In this document: positions 14,810-25,510 of the stretch, one piece after another | How positions within the stretch are numbered: the stretch's first letter is position 1 | Layout: every line of letters begins with the position of its first letter | NCBI RefSeq assembly: GCF_964213995.1 | Contig: NC_135804.1 | Location: forward strand, 59,706,001 to 59,770,000 | Direction of reading: 5' to 3' | From: Mustelus asterias | Lineage: Eukaryota | DNA: 64,000 nucleotides | Notes under the pieces: model-generated | What the model was told of the DNA's origin: nothing | Databases searched by the model: none | What the model saw: only the letters and a program-made list of their open reading frames with translations | Position numbers and translations under genes: made by a program

Positions 14810-16045
14810 GGAATAACTGTTGAAAAATGAAGGAAGAATTTTAATATTTAGCCCAACTTGGGGAAAAATTTGTACAAATTCTGACACAATCAACTAATTA
14901 AAGATGCCATATGCCACTTACATATTGGACTGGATTCAATGATGAGAAATATCTCAGATCTTCACTTTAACTTTGGTGCAAGGAATGAATTCTAAATGGC
15001 TTTTCCCGATGGACGATGGTGGAAGATGGTCCGGGGTGCGTGGGGTCCTTGATTATGCCGGCTGCTTTTCCGAGGCAGCGGGAAGTGTTGACAGAGGAAG
15101 GTCAGAGGGCAAGAATCCTGCAGCGAGTAACTCGCCTCCTGACAATCCAAAGCGTGTTCATCATCACAAGGTCCAAGTCAGGAGTGTGATGCGATAATCA
15201 CCACTTGCCTAATGTCTGCATCATGTCAATGGATAGGAGGCTGGTTTGAGTGATGGACTGGGCTTCATTCACGACCCTTTGTAGTTTGTTGTGGTCTTGG
15301 ACAGAGCAGGAGCCATACCAAGCTGTGATACAACCAAAAAGAATGCTTTGTATGGCGCATCTGTCGAAATGGGTGAGAGTTGTAGCGAACATGCCAACTT
15401 GTACAATAAACGGTTACATTTCTCTCATTGAGCCTGTTTCAGTGATAGCGCAATGTTTTCCAATGCGATTAAAACGACTGCGCTGGGTAAATTAAATATT
15501 AAATAATGTTTACAGCCCTTTCTGCTTACATTTCTGGTCAGGAAGATTCGGCTGCGTTAGAACAAGCGTTAATACTAAGTAATTCGGTAACATTCACTGC
15601 CAAAATATGCCGTGTACCATAAACCATGACCGAGCCATGGATAAATGTGCCGTACGTCAAGTGATATTAGTCACAAAAACAGTGACACACAGTGGTCTGC
15701 TTTGGTACGAGGAAGCATCTTCGTAAGAGAAAACGTACTCATGGTCTCGCCACTCCGATTGTGCAATAGACAAGGCGCAAACCTATTGTTTTCTGAACGA
15801 AGAATAGCTTTAAATGCAGGTGGGTATCGTTCTTGTCGCCAGACTCACAGTAACTTCATTGCAGGGTTAATATAAGTCTACTTGTGAAACGAATAAATAA
15901 ATTTTAAAAACTCAATGCAACGAATGCCACACGGCATCGCAGGAGGGAAATCTAATAAACTGAAATCAATTTAAAACTTAAAACGCCATTAACAAGAAAC
16001 ACTATTTACTAACAAATTACTTTGTGGATGTGATAAATGTGAAAA
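14810..16045 (+). repeat. 5' flank of the receptor gene, paralogous to 29050-29970
   Basis: Shared blocks ttctggtcaggaag..cggctgc, ttcactgccaaaa, agagaaaacgtactc(a/g)tggtctc, ttt(g/a)tggatgtga. Confidence 0.8.
14990..15395 (-). mobile_element. Rex1/Babar LINE 3' fragment with an internal ~110-bp piece of another LINE
   Basis: Reverse complement of 28200-28480 (RCAIQSILFGCITAWYGSCSVQDHNKLQRVV). Confidence 0.85.
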
Positions 16046-16239
16046 CTGTCGTAAACCCTCCCATGACGCTTTGAGTTGCAGTAAAAATCCACTCTTGTTG
16101 TCGTCGACGCACTGGAATGAGGAATGGGGAGATGATCAGGAGTTTTAGCCAGAATTGTTATTCCAGTAATGTCGCTACACGTTGTTTGAGGTCTCGATCA
16201 CACTCGGCCCTAAGTACTCAGGACGAAAGGTTTGCACAT

Positions 16240-16621
16240 TTTGTGCTCCGACAGGAAGTAGAATGTCTTTGATGAAGTGCGGCAGGGCCGCCTGCGGCCT
16301 GCATCGTTATTTCCAAGATTGAATGAAGGGTCGATGGACTTGAGGTGACAATGATAATTACTGGAACGAAGTTTCCAGAAAGTGGCTGAAAAACATTACT
16401 CTTCAAGAGACAGCTTTTCGGCTGGCATTAAGGTCAGCTTCTACTTCGCAGACACACACAGAGAAATGTAAACGCATCCAATACGCTGTTTTAGTCATGT
16501 GATCTCTCATGTCGTGGTCACATGTTTCATATATTTAACCTTAAGACCTATTTCTTACGCAAACTATTGTGGATACCATTCTCATTTGCAGCAAATGGAC
16601 AAGTAACGCATTATTTGCAAC
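16240..16621 (+). promoter_or_regulatory. Putative proximal promoter of the Ig receptor
   Basis: ETS core ACAGGAAGT at 16251-16259, TATA-like CATATATTTAA near 16528, imperfect octamer-like ATTTGCAG/ATTTGCAA just upstream of the ATG. Motif matches only. Confidence 0.3.
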
Positions 16622-16676
16622 ATGTCGATACAAGTTACAGTTCACTACATGGCTCTTCTGGGCGTGTTTTGGCCAG
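16622..16676 (+). CDS. Exon 1, leader peptide (MSIQVTVHYMALLGVFWP)
   Basis: ATG at 16622, hydrophobic 18 codons + 1 nt, donor CCAG|gtacat. A 188-nt phase-1 intron precedes the V exon, as in typical Ig/TCR leader exons. Confidence 0.7.
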
Positions 16677-19600
16677 GTACATTTAGTTATTAGATGCTGC
16701 CGGTTTCACAACAGCAAATCTTAATTTAAAAGACTCGACAGCTGTTACCCACTGTACAATTGGATACTGTGCTTCTCTAATTCGATTGCTTGTTTTTATA
16801 ATTTACTTCTCTCAGTTGTTTTTCTTTATCTGTTACCTCACCACCTTTGTTACTTTCCTGACAGCCGCCGGAGTAACTTGGAACGAAGTGGTTCAGATCC
16901 CTAAATACTTGAAGGTGAGCAGAGGCGCGAATGCTTCCATGTTCTGCACATTTCCCATATTTCAAGATGTGCCCGATGTTCGTTGGTGGAGACGCGGAGA
17001 GCAATCCTTTCTCCAACCAGACAGCAGAAAGCGATTTGATGCGAATAAGGGAAGTAGTTCGCTTGAATTCCTGAATGTGACTTTTGCAGATTCCGGAGTG
17101 TATTATTGTAAAGTAAAATATCCAGAAAAATCTAATGAAACTGGAACTGGCACCCAGCTTACTGTATACGGTAGGTGTTATTGTAAACGGGTGGGTTTCA
17201 GCTCAGCGCCATATATGCAATTTGATCCTTTTTTATCACTGGAGGAAAAGTAAGAGCGAATTCCTTTTACAGAACACTGGACTGTCCTCCATTGACCTTG
17301 ATGCACAGTGGATATATTAGTACGAATAAAAGCAAATGGTGGCGGATGCTGGAATTTGAAGCAAAAGCAGAAAATGCTGGAGAACCTCAGCAGGTCTGAT
17401 AGCCTGTGTAGATAGAGAACAGAACTAAAGTTTTAAATCTGGATGACCTGCTCTGACGAACGGTCGTCAAGTCTCGAAACATTAGCTCCGTTCTCTCTCC
17501 ACAGATGAAGACAGAGCTGTTGAGATTTTCCAACAGTTTCTGTGTTTGTTATTTTAGATTCGAAATCATGTCATGGAAAAATGCGAAATAAAGAGACAAC
17601 ATTTTGAAAAAAGTCAGCAGGCCAAGGAGCTTATGTGGGGAGAAAAAACGCTTTCATTGTCGATTATGAAAATCGATCTGAAACGTTAGCTCGGTTTCTC
17701 GACACAGATGTTCCCTTACCGGCTGAACATTCTCCGTATTTTCAGTTTGTATTTGAGATTTCCTGCCTCTGCAGTGTTCTGTGTTGATGGTTGAATGGGA
17801 TTTTAGTGTCTCGTTCCTTCATGTCACAATGACGGTGCCACAACTCAACAATGGAATCAACTTTAACACCTCACAGGACAAACCTTTTGCAAATTTTGAA
17901 GATCAGTTTATTAATCTGAACAAGGAAGGAATATTCACTGCGTGCTCGGTGACACCCGCAGTTAGAACTGCGAAGAGTAACAAACCAAAACGAGCCCAAA
18001 ATGGAGGTGACTGCAAAGAGAAATAAGTTTTCGATGGAAGTCAGCCCAGTCATTCACGGTATATCATTTTGTTGCAGGTTCCCGTTTCCAAATCGTCTCT
18101 GTGCCAAGTTCGTTGAGCTAAATCAGGAGGCGAAAATCAATTGGGATTCTTACTCCTAACTGCTCCCGGTTTAAGTTGAACAATTTGGTAATATTTACAA
18201 GGGACTAGACTGTAGCTAAATTCCACCCAAAGGTCAGAAGCGTTGCGTTATTTTGCCAGTCACCTGAAATCGGTCTTCTGGTTATCGACTCTTGTATCAC
18301 TGAAAACACTTTCTCTTTATTGACTTTATCAAAACTGATCAGAACTTTCAAAGTCGCTATCCAGCCTCCTCTAAACATTATCACGTCTAAGTAGAACAAC
18401 CGTAGCTTATTCCGTCTCTGCATATAATCCAAGTCCTCTCACCCTGGTAAAGATCCAACATTCTCAGTGCCTTCATAATAAACTCAGGTGAAAACTCCCC
18501 AAGCACAGCGACGAATTTTCCTCAAACCAGATCTTTTTTTCCTCTAACTGCTCGAAACTGCCGATGTAACACTTTCTATACCCCTGTGACCGAAATTTGT
18601 GATGGACAAAGTTTTGCTATGTTTCGGTGTCAACCCTATGTCCGCAGTTTAGACTTGGTACATGTGTCCATTTATATGTTTCACATTCCAAACTTTTCAC
18701 AAACCGGATTCTGCAACCCAGTGAAAGGAAGGATCTTGCCCTCAATGCTGGATTCCACTCCGGGTTCGAGACTTTGCAGGGCAGTAAAGGTGCCCGATGC
18801 TTTTGTTTGAACCTCTTGGATACGCCATCTGAATTTCCTATGATATTGTCAGAACTGATAAAGCGGAGGCTGGATATCACCGAACATTCATATAAACATC
18901 TGGGATCCCTTATTGTAATTCATGATTCCCATGTACACTTCCCATGCCCAGACGAAAGTTGTGGTAGGAGATCAAGGGAACACTGGCTTCTTTCTACCCA
19001 GCAGGTTAAAACAAGCCCATATGAAAATAATTGAAGAATTCTGAGGCTTTACTGGAATAACAGCCAACGTAATATTTAATGTTAATAATGCATGTAAATT
19101 ACTAATTTTCTACTACTACAATGTCGCAAAAGTGGCCTCGTAAGTAAAATATATTAAACAGATTGATTATAATAAATAAATCTATGTAAACCTAACAAGG
19201 AACTTTACAAGGTGATTGTGGATAGAGTGGGCAGACTGATAGAGCGTTTCGCATCAGAAAATGGTAAATTTGGACTGCTCGAAGAAAAATCTTCTCCAGA
19301 CAAAATGCGTTCAGCTGACCGAATGACGCTACAGAAGAGCACACGCCTGGAATTTACGGCTCAAAAAACAAAATACTGCGGATGCTGGAAATCTGAAATG
19401 AAAACTTAGTCAGACCTGATGTGTTTACCCAGCATTTTTTGTTTTCATCCCTGGAATTAACCCCTGGGTTATTTTTCATATTCGGTTTCAGTCATCCGTA
19501 TGGGTATTATGATCTATATAGATATATGTAATTATCAAAATATAATCTTTCCTGGTTTACAAAATAATCGAACCTTCGCCCCTCCTCGAGAAAGATCCTT

Positions 19601-21850
19601 TCATGAATGATGCAAGAATTGAAACCTTCAGCATAGACACTGAAATGTTATATAATCAACAGTATCTTGTTTGGAGTCGATTTAGATATCGGAGATATTT
19701 TGATTTCACACACATTTTGATTTTACACATTAACCGAAAAAATCTGTTTTGAAACTAACTAAATATTCGAAGCGGCCATTTTTTCAAATCATCACACTTT
19801 AGTACGTCAATGATTCTTGCAGAAAAAAAACCTTAGTAGAACCCAATGTTCGTGCAGCCTGTTTGGTGCTCCCTTTCTGATATATTCAGGCCGAAATCTC
19901 ACTCGAGGTCACTGCTGCCACACACAATTTCGCGCTAGGATCTGCTGCTTTATTTCCGAACTGTGATACTTTCTTCGCTGGTTGTTATCAAGTCTGGGAG
20001 ATTGTTCATCTTTGTGTATCGCTTGCTAGACATCCGGCATTTTTGCTGAGCATCGGATAACATTGTATGCAATAAATGCACGTCTGAAGTTTCAAAAGCA
20101 CGATAACTGTTATTGCCGTACGAGTGTAAAAGCGTATCGAGGTTAAGCCACTGAGAATATTCTCCTTTCAATTCAATTTTTTTTCATCCTGTTAAAAGTT
20201 CCCCCAACACCACTGAAAATCGTTCCGATTGAAGAGAATTCAGCGACTTCTCTAAGATTCGAGTGCAAAACGGCTGCATTTTACCCGGAGGATTTAAAAA
20301 TCTCCTGGCAAAGAGATGGTGTGGAAATTCTGGCCGGAATAGAAACTGTGAGAAACGAGACAGTGGATGGTCTTTTTGAGGTCTGCAGTTCTTTGGAAGA
20401 AGCGCAGCCTCTTCAGAACGGAGTCGTTTATACATGTCTGGCATCTCATATCTCCCTTCAGGTGCCCGCCAGTGTCAGCCACACGGTCATGCAAGGTAAG
20501 GTTGGAAACATTTACTGCAGCGAGTGGGGGGAAATGCTCCAAACTGTAGTTATTTATTAGATAGGAAGGGGCAATTGTTTAAACTTGAATATACGGGGTG
20601 AATGTGGACTTAATCGCGATGTCACATCAATGAAAATGAATTAAAATAATCAAGATGGTCGTTGGAGAAGGGAGAATATGTCCCTGAAAAGATCTGAAAA
20701 GGGAAGTTGATGTGCGAACAGTTCGAAAGTGAAAGCTTATTTCTCACCAAATTCTTACCAAATGAACTGGATCGGCTTTAGTATAGTCATTTTTAATTGG
20801 GACCGTTCCTGTGTGCAACTTTAGCCAACATCGTTTGAGGGCATTTCCTCCACAATCCAGATACTTTTGACCATTATTAACCTATTTCTCTTTTACCCAA
20901 ACATAAACTTCGGAAACACCTTCTTTCATCTGGTTTTACTTCACTCACTGAATTCCCTCGTTCTTTAAATTTTTGGAAATGCTGAAGCAGGAAGAATTGT
21001 TTCTCATGCTCCTCTGGTGACAATTTCGGTTTTGGACCCTTTACTCCAATAAACAGTTGTTCATTACACTGTGGGTGGAAACTTTATAAATAAAGGAATA
21101 ACAGTGCAAGTACAGAGCATTTGGTACATGTTGCCTGTATTGGTGACAGCGTGTCTGCCATGCCAGGAGCCGACCCAACCTACCAGGGCGAATATCAGAA
21201 AACCTAAACTATGTGTCGTCCTGATTAAGTTAGCCGATCACAGACTGTTCACCAGCGAGCTTTATTTTCATCGATGAGGACGGTGTTGGGTGCCCAACTT
21301 GTAGTGTCCCACGTTATTATTATAGAGGTGCACTTTTGTGATTTTTCTACCCAGCCAAAAATATGTTGGATTTTTTTTTTAATTGTTTATTGGCATTGCT
21401 CATAACCGACCGGAGAGAACAGAGCAAACACATTCTGACTGAAAATGGACATCATTGTCCTCTGAGATTTGAAGAAAAGTCAATAGCCAAAAGAATGGCG
21501 CTGGCACCGAGCAACAGGCTCTCTCGCAAGGTGGAATGTACTATGTGAACACGTTCACTTGATTCTCAGTTTGGGGATTGTATTTTGAGGTTATTATCGT
21601 ACGTTAATTGAATTTAATATCGGGTCCCAAGTTTAGAGTAGCAATTGTATGGATCCCTTTCAGTTATAGAAGCCAGTGCTATTTGCTTCCATTCGACAAT
21701 GCTGATATAAACAATTAAATGTACATATTTTAATATTGCATTGTAGAGTACAGTTTCCGCAATGTGATGATTTCACGGCATGTTCTCGGCTTTTTGATAA
21801 TTCTTGGACTGCTGGGCATAATTGTGAACCATGCAACAGATTTCAATTGA
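16622..21850 (+). CDS. Spliced Ig-superfamily type I membrane receptor (leader-VJ-C1-TM), join(16622..16676,16865..17170,20199..20495,21747..21850), 253 aa; non-rearranging antigen-receptor-like (NKp30/SIRP-beta/UrIg-like architecture)
   Basis: All three introns are GT-AG and phase 1. Exon lengths 55+306+297+104=762 nt give an open frame ending in TGA. V-set, C1-set and TM motifs are all recognisable. Confidence 0.85.
16865..17170 (+). CDS. Exon 2, V-set domain with joined J-like G strand
   Basis: Acceptor tttcctgacag|, donor TACG|gtaggt. Motifs: VVQIP (A strand), GANASMFC (B), VRWW (C), SLEFLNV (E), DSGVYYC (F), GTGTQLTV (J-like GxGTxLTV). Confidence 0.93.
17327..17778. mobile_element. Two adjacent palindromic Penelope-derived elements in intron 2; degenerate hammerhead core at 17453-17479
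   Basis: Inverted arms (cagaaaatgctggagaacctcagcagg / gctgttgagattttccaacagtttctg) around CTGACGA...GAAAC. Related shorter copies at ~19363-19450 and ~52663-52800. Confidence 0.7.
20199..20495 (+). CDS. Exon 3, C1-set Ig domain (VPPTPLKIVP...LRFECKTAAFYPEDLKISW...NETVDGLFEVCSSL...YTCLASHISL...VMQ)
   Basis: Acceptor ttttcatcctgttaaaag|, donor CAAG|gtaag. C1 hallmarks CxxxxFYPxxxxxxW, DGxFxxxSxL and YxCxxxH. Confidence 0.92.
21747..21850 (+). CDS. Exon 4, stalk + transmembrane with Arg + short tail (EYSFRNVMISRHVLGFLIILGLLGIIVNHATDFN*)
   Basis: Acceptor attgcattgtag|. The phase-1 frame gives a hydrophobic segment. TGA at 21848-21850, consensus donor AG|gtaag at 21853. Confidence 0.8.
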
Positions 21851-22816
21851 AGGTAAGAGAACGCCATCTTAATTCCGTAAACCACGTTGAAAGTACATAC
21901 AGAGATAACATTGGTGGGTTCGAAATGGGCAAGTCAAGTAATAAATTCCGAACGTCAATTTTGAGTTTTGGCTTAGTTTTAGCTGCTTTTATTAAAAAAG
22001 GGTTTGGTTTCAACCTCTCACTTGAGAAAAATGAGCACGAAATATTTCAGAGCAGCACTACTGGAAGTTTGGTCTTTCAATCGATTAAATAGGGCACCCT
22101 CTGCTCTGTCCGGTCGCCACAATGACCTCATGGGACATTTTCGTAACTGGGTATCGTCGTGCTCGCTGATCTCCTGATCAGTATTTCGCCTTTAATCTTC
22201 TTCGCTGAACCCGACGCCCGGAATAACGATCTGGAGAAGAATGTAATGTTGATTTCCATCCAGCTCTCTCCGAAAACACAGATAGTTTCATCTTTTCCAG
22301 AGGACATCCAAACAAACATCTTCTAATGTGTTTGTCTCCGTGCGATTCCCAAGCGTTGCACACGTCTTTATTAGGAGTCAAAGGGTAATTATTTACGTAT
22401 GCAAGCTATGGCTGGATACCAAAGCCTTTTGGCTAACATTAAGGCGTCGCATCAAGCCCATGATTGGGTGCAATGCCTTATCTTGTCAGTTTGGACTTTC
22501 GTTGTCTCTCTTGTGGGGACCATGAATTGGAAGCAATTGAAATTTGAATTTAGTTTTTGGAGCAAGAAAAGAAAGAATTCTGGTTTTCCGGATCCACTCT
22601 GCGCATTGGTTTTCTAACTTTATGGAGTAAAAAATTAAAAAAATAAATCGCTGCATACCAAGTGAATGCAGACAGTTTCAATATGTCAGCTCAGATATAT
22701 AACCGAGAGCTGTATTTGTATTTAAATGGTATTCTATATCTAATGAGAGAAAATCCGTCTTTGTTATTAAGGTGTTCACATTTATCTTTTCTATAAAAGA
22801 GATGTAACACATTATT

Positions 22817-22823
22817 ACACACA

Positions 22824-22855
<32 letters not shown>
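22817..22855. repeat. (CA)n microsatellite
   Basis: Seen directly. Confidence 0.95.
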
Positions 22856-23252
22856 AGAAGAATCCAACTATCGCCAAATGAAATTGAAAGCATAAACGCA
22901 AGTTTAGGAAGCTGATGGTTTTGTAATATTGGAAATGGTTACATATTTTTCTGAATTGTGCTTGCCTAGGCCCTGGTTGTATTTATGGTATGGATATTTT
23001 AATAATTATCATTGAATCACAATGAGAGGATATCTTTGGAGACAGTTCCTTTAAGTTTGATATTGATCCAGTTGAATGCGCATCTGTGAGTCTAGAAATA
23101 TAAATGCCGTGCTGAATGTACTTGCGGATCTTTGGACATTAACGCTGACGGGATGAAATAGGGAACTGTGTGTGGGTATAAAGTAGAAAAGAGTAACTAA
23201 AATAAAGTGCATTGTTTCGAAAACACTTTTCAATTTTGTTTTTAATAATCAG

Positions 23253-23325
23253 GTAAAGATCGGCTGATAATTTCCGCCTCTGTCCATAATTGCACAAGAG
23301 CAATACCTTGACCTTTGGGAATAAA
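23253..23325 (+). other. Candidate terminal exon (3'UTR or former cytoplasmic exon) of the Ig receptor, with polyA signal
   Basis: Acceptor ttttgtttttaataatcag| at 23252. The phase-1 frame reads GKDRLIISASVHNCTRAIP* (TGA 23309-23311), followed by AATAAA at 23320-23325. Confidence 0.4.
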
Positions 23326-23619
23326 GAACCCACGTGTTCAGATACAAGTGGAAGAAGAAATACACGAAATAAGAAAGAAGATGAAGAAGCCACAATCAAG
23401 ACGGATGAGGGGCGAGTGCAGCATTCGCTTACAGTCATTTTAATTTGCATTTCACTACACTATCTTTCTGTAAGATTAGAATATGAAAATACAATTGTAG
23501 TTGGCCCTGTGCAAAAAATCAGTTTAGTGCATTCCATGTAATGCAGCAACAGCAATGGCCTTGTTTGAATGCTCATGTTTTTGTATTTTTCGGTGGGGGG
23601 GGGGGGGGGGGGGGGCGCG

Positions 23620-25510
23620 GCGCTGGCACATATCTTGATGTATGAATCTCGTTAATGGAAATTATTGTTTTCAATCAATTTAATTTTGAATACAAATACG
23701 CATCACAATACTTCCAGTAAGTAAAACTTTCATATGTCTTTTTATCGAAGCCATTGGAAATGTTTGCGAGAAACCGCCCTGTTCATGTAATTTAAATCTG
23801 AGATGTAATGCGGGACCATCAACAACAGTCCATGTTGGTTGTATTTCTGTCTCTGTCAACAGTCAGTAGGTGAAAACTGTAGTGGTTCGAGAAGGCAGCA
23901 CAACACCATCTTCTCAGGGATAATTAAGGATGAGCAATGAATGCTGGCCTCGACAGCGACGCCAAGCCCATGAAGGGATTTTTAAAAAGGAAGGATTGCT
24001 TTCAAAAAATGAAGCCACTTTCGTCCCAGATGACTGCTTGTCTTTTTCAGGCGGGGGGTGGGGGGACGGGGCGGGGCGGGGGGGGGGGGGGGGGGTGGGG
24101 GGAGCTAACTGGTGGTGCTTTAAAATGAGGAACATCGCGTCTCATGCGAACGACAAGGCTCAGGAGCCGGACCTTCATAAAAACCTCAGCAGATATGAGA
24201 ACTGAACCTGTGCGTTTGGTATCAGGAACTAGCCATCCTACGACCTGATCTAACCATCTCCAAGCAGTAGCCATGATCTCCTGGACGTTCAACTGACTGC
24301 AAAATATCTTGCTCTTATTTCAACTATGAACAAGACGATCTTCCGGTCAGCTGGTCCCAATCAGACAGACCTTAAAGTCAAGTAAACAATCGAGACATGT
24401 TTCAGCATAAATTTCTGTTGTTACGACCTTCTGCCCTAATTTAGTATTTGATTGCCAAGTTATGAACTTCACTTCAAATTTGGACACGTTTAATGTGGAA
24501 TGCGATCGGACGAACCGTGGACGTGATTTTGGCACCACATCAATGCAAATCCGTCAATTTACTTCACCATTGCAAGCGCACAGTCGGACAAACTTTCACA
24601 TAAAACAATCTATTCAGTTAGACACATCTGTACAATCAAATATCAAATTTTAAGTTGAGAAGTTTTCCATATTAATTACAATTGAATATGAATTATTTCA
24701 ATTAATTTTAAAAGCATGTAATCGTTGACACTGAATCAATCAGTGAGAGATCGGTATTAATGTCCACGGCACCCAAGAGGAAATGATCTCACCGGATCGC
24801 TAACAGATACCACCTAGTCAAACGCGTTGTTTCCCGTACTGAAACTGCAAACTGGCTTAGTTTTGACATAAACGTTCTTGTTAAACTGTACCTAAAAATA
24901 ACTAATTCGCATCAGGAAAAGCAACAAAAGTATTCAATTGTCCTATTCCCTCAAAGTGATTTTCTCTCATGTGGAAGATTTCACGATTTCTGCAGCCCTG
25001 CCATGCCAATTGACATGTATATTTTGCATGCGTTTGCATGTGTGTGTTTTGTGTGCCTGTGCACATGTCGGGTGATATCACAGTAAGATGTGTAACAACA
25101 CCAGGTTAATGTCCAACAGGTTTATTTGGTAGCAAATGCCACTAGCTTTCGGAGCGCTGCCCATTCGTCAGGTGGAGTGGACAGGATGTCCTTCATCCTT
25201 GCATGACCCATGCAGGTGGAAGTCACCGGCGAGTGAACAGCGAATAAACCCGCCTGGTCGACCAACACATTGAGGAAAGCAAGTCCGCCATCCTTACACA
25301 GTCCGTTCTACATGTGATTTCAACCCCACGACAATGTAGGTGACTCGTAACTGCTCTCTGAAATGCTTTGCAAGCTGCAAATAGTTGCAGAAAAGGCGAG
25401 AATTAAAAACAGGCATCCCTTGCCCAGTGGAAACTGCCAAGTCCTCCTCATTAACATCTATGGATAAACACCAAAATTGGCAGAGGTAAAATAGGCTGAT
25501 GCGTTCAAAC
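23620..25510 (+). repeat. Segmental paralog of 750-2235
   Basis: Same colinear matches. Carries extra insertions (LINE-tail fragment ~23875-23990, Penelope fragment 25079-25181) that are absent from the first copy. Confidence 0.9.
25079..25181 (-). mobile_element. Penelope-like pLTR fragment with minimal hammerhead motif (stem II mutated)
   Basis: Reverse strand: ccactccacCTGACGAatgggcagcgctccGAAAgctagtggc...aataaacctgttggac. Same family as 26779-26914. Confidence 0.8.

Noticed and set aside
15672-15694. ACAAAAACA next to CACAGTG as an RSS
   Set aside because: Nonamer precedes the heptamer with a 6-bp gap: wrong order and spacing, and not adjacent to a V or J segment.
16786-16864. Hydrophobic N-terminus of the ORF-track protein as signal peptide
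   Set aside because: It is the intron polypyrimidine tract; a proper leader exon exists at 16622-16676.
18078-18160. Acceptor followed by FQIVSVPSSLS, like a V-domain start
   Set aside because: Immediate stop, no Cys/Trp framework.
23594-24102. Poly-G/poly-C tracts (also ~33128-33184, 39755-39776, 46570-46590, 59260-59315) and their Pro/Gly-rich ORFs
   Set aside because: Low-complexity runs, error-prone in assemblies; no evidence of function beyond generic G-quadruplex potential.
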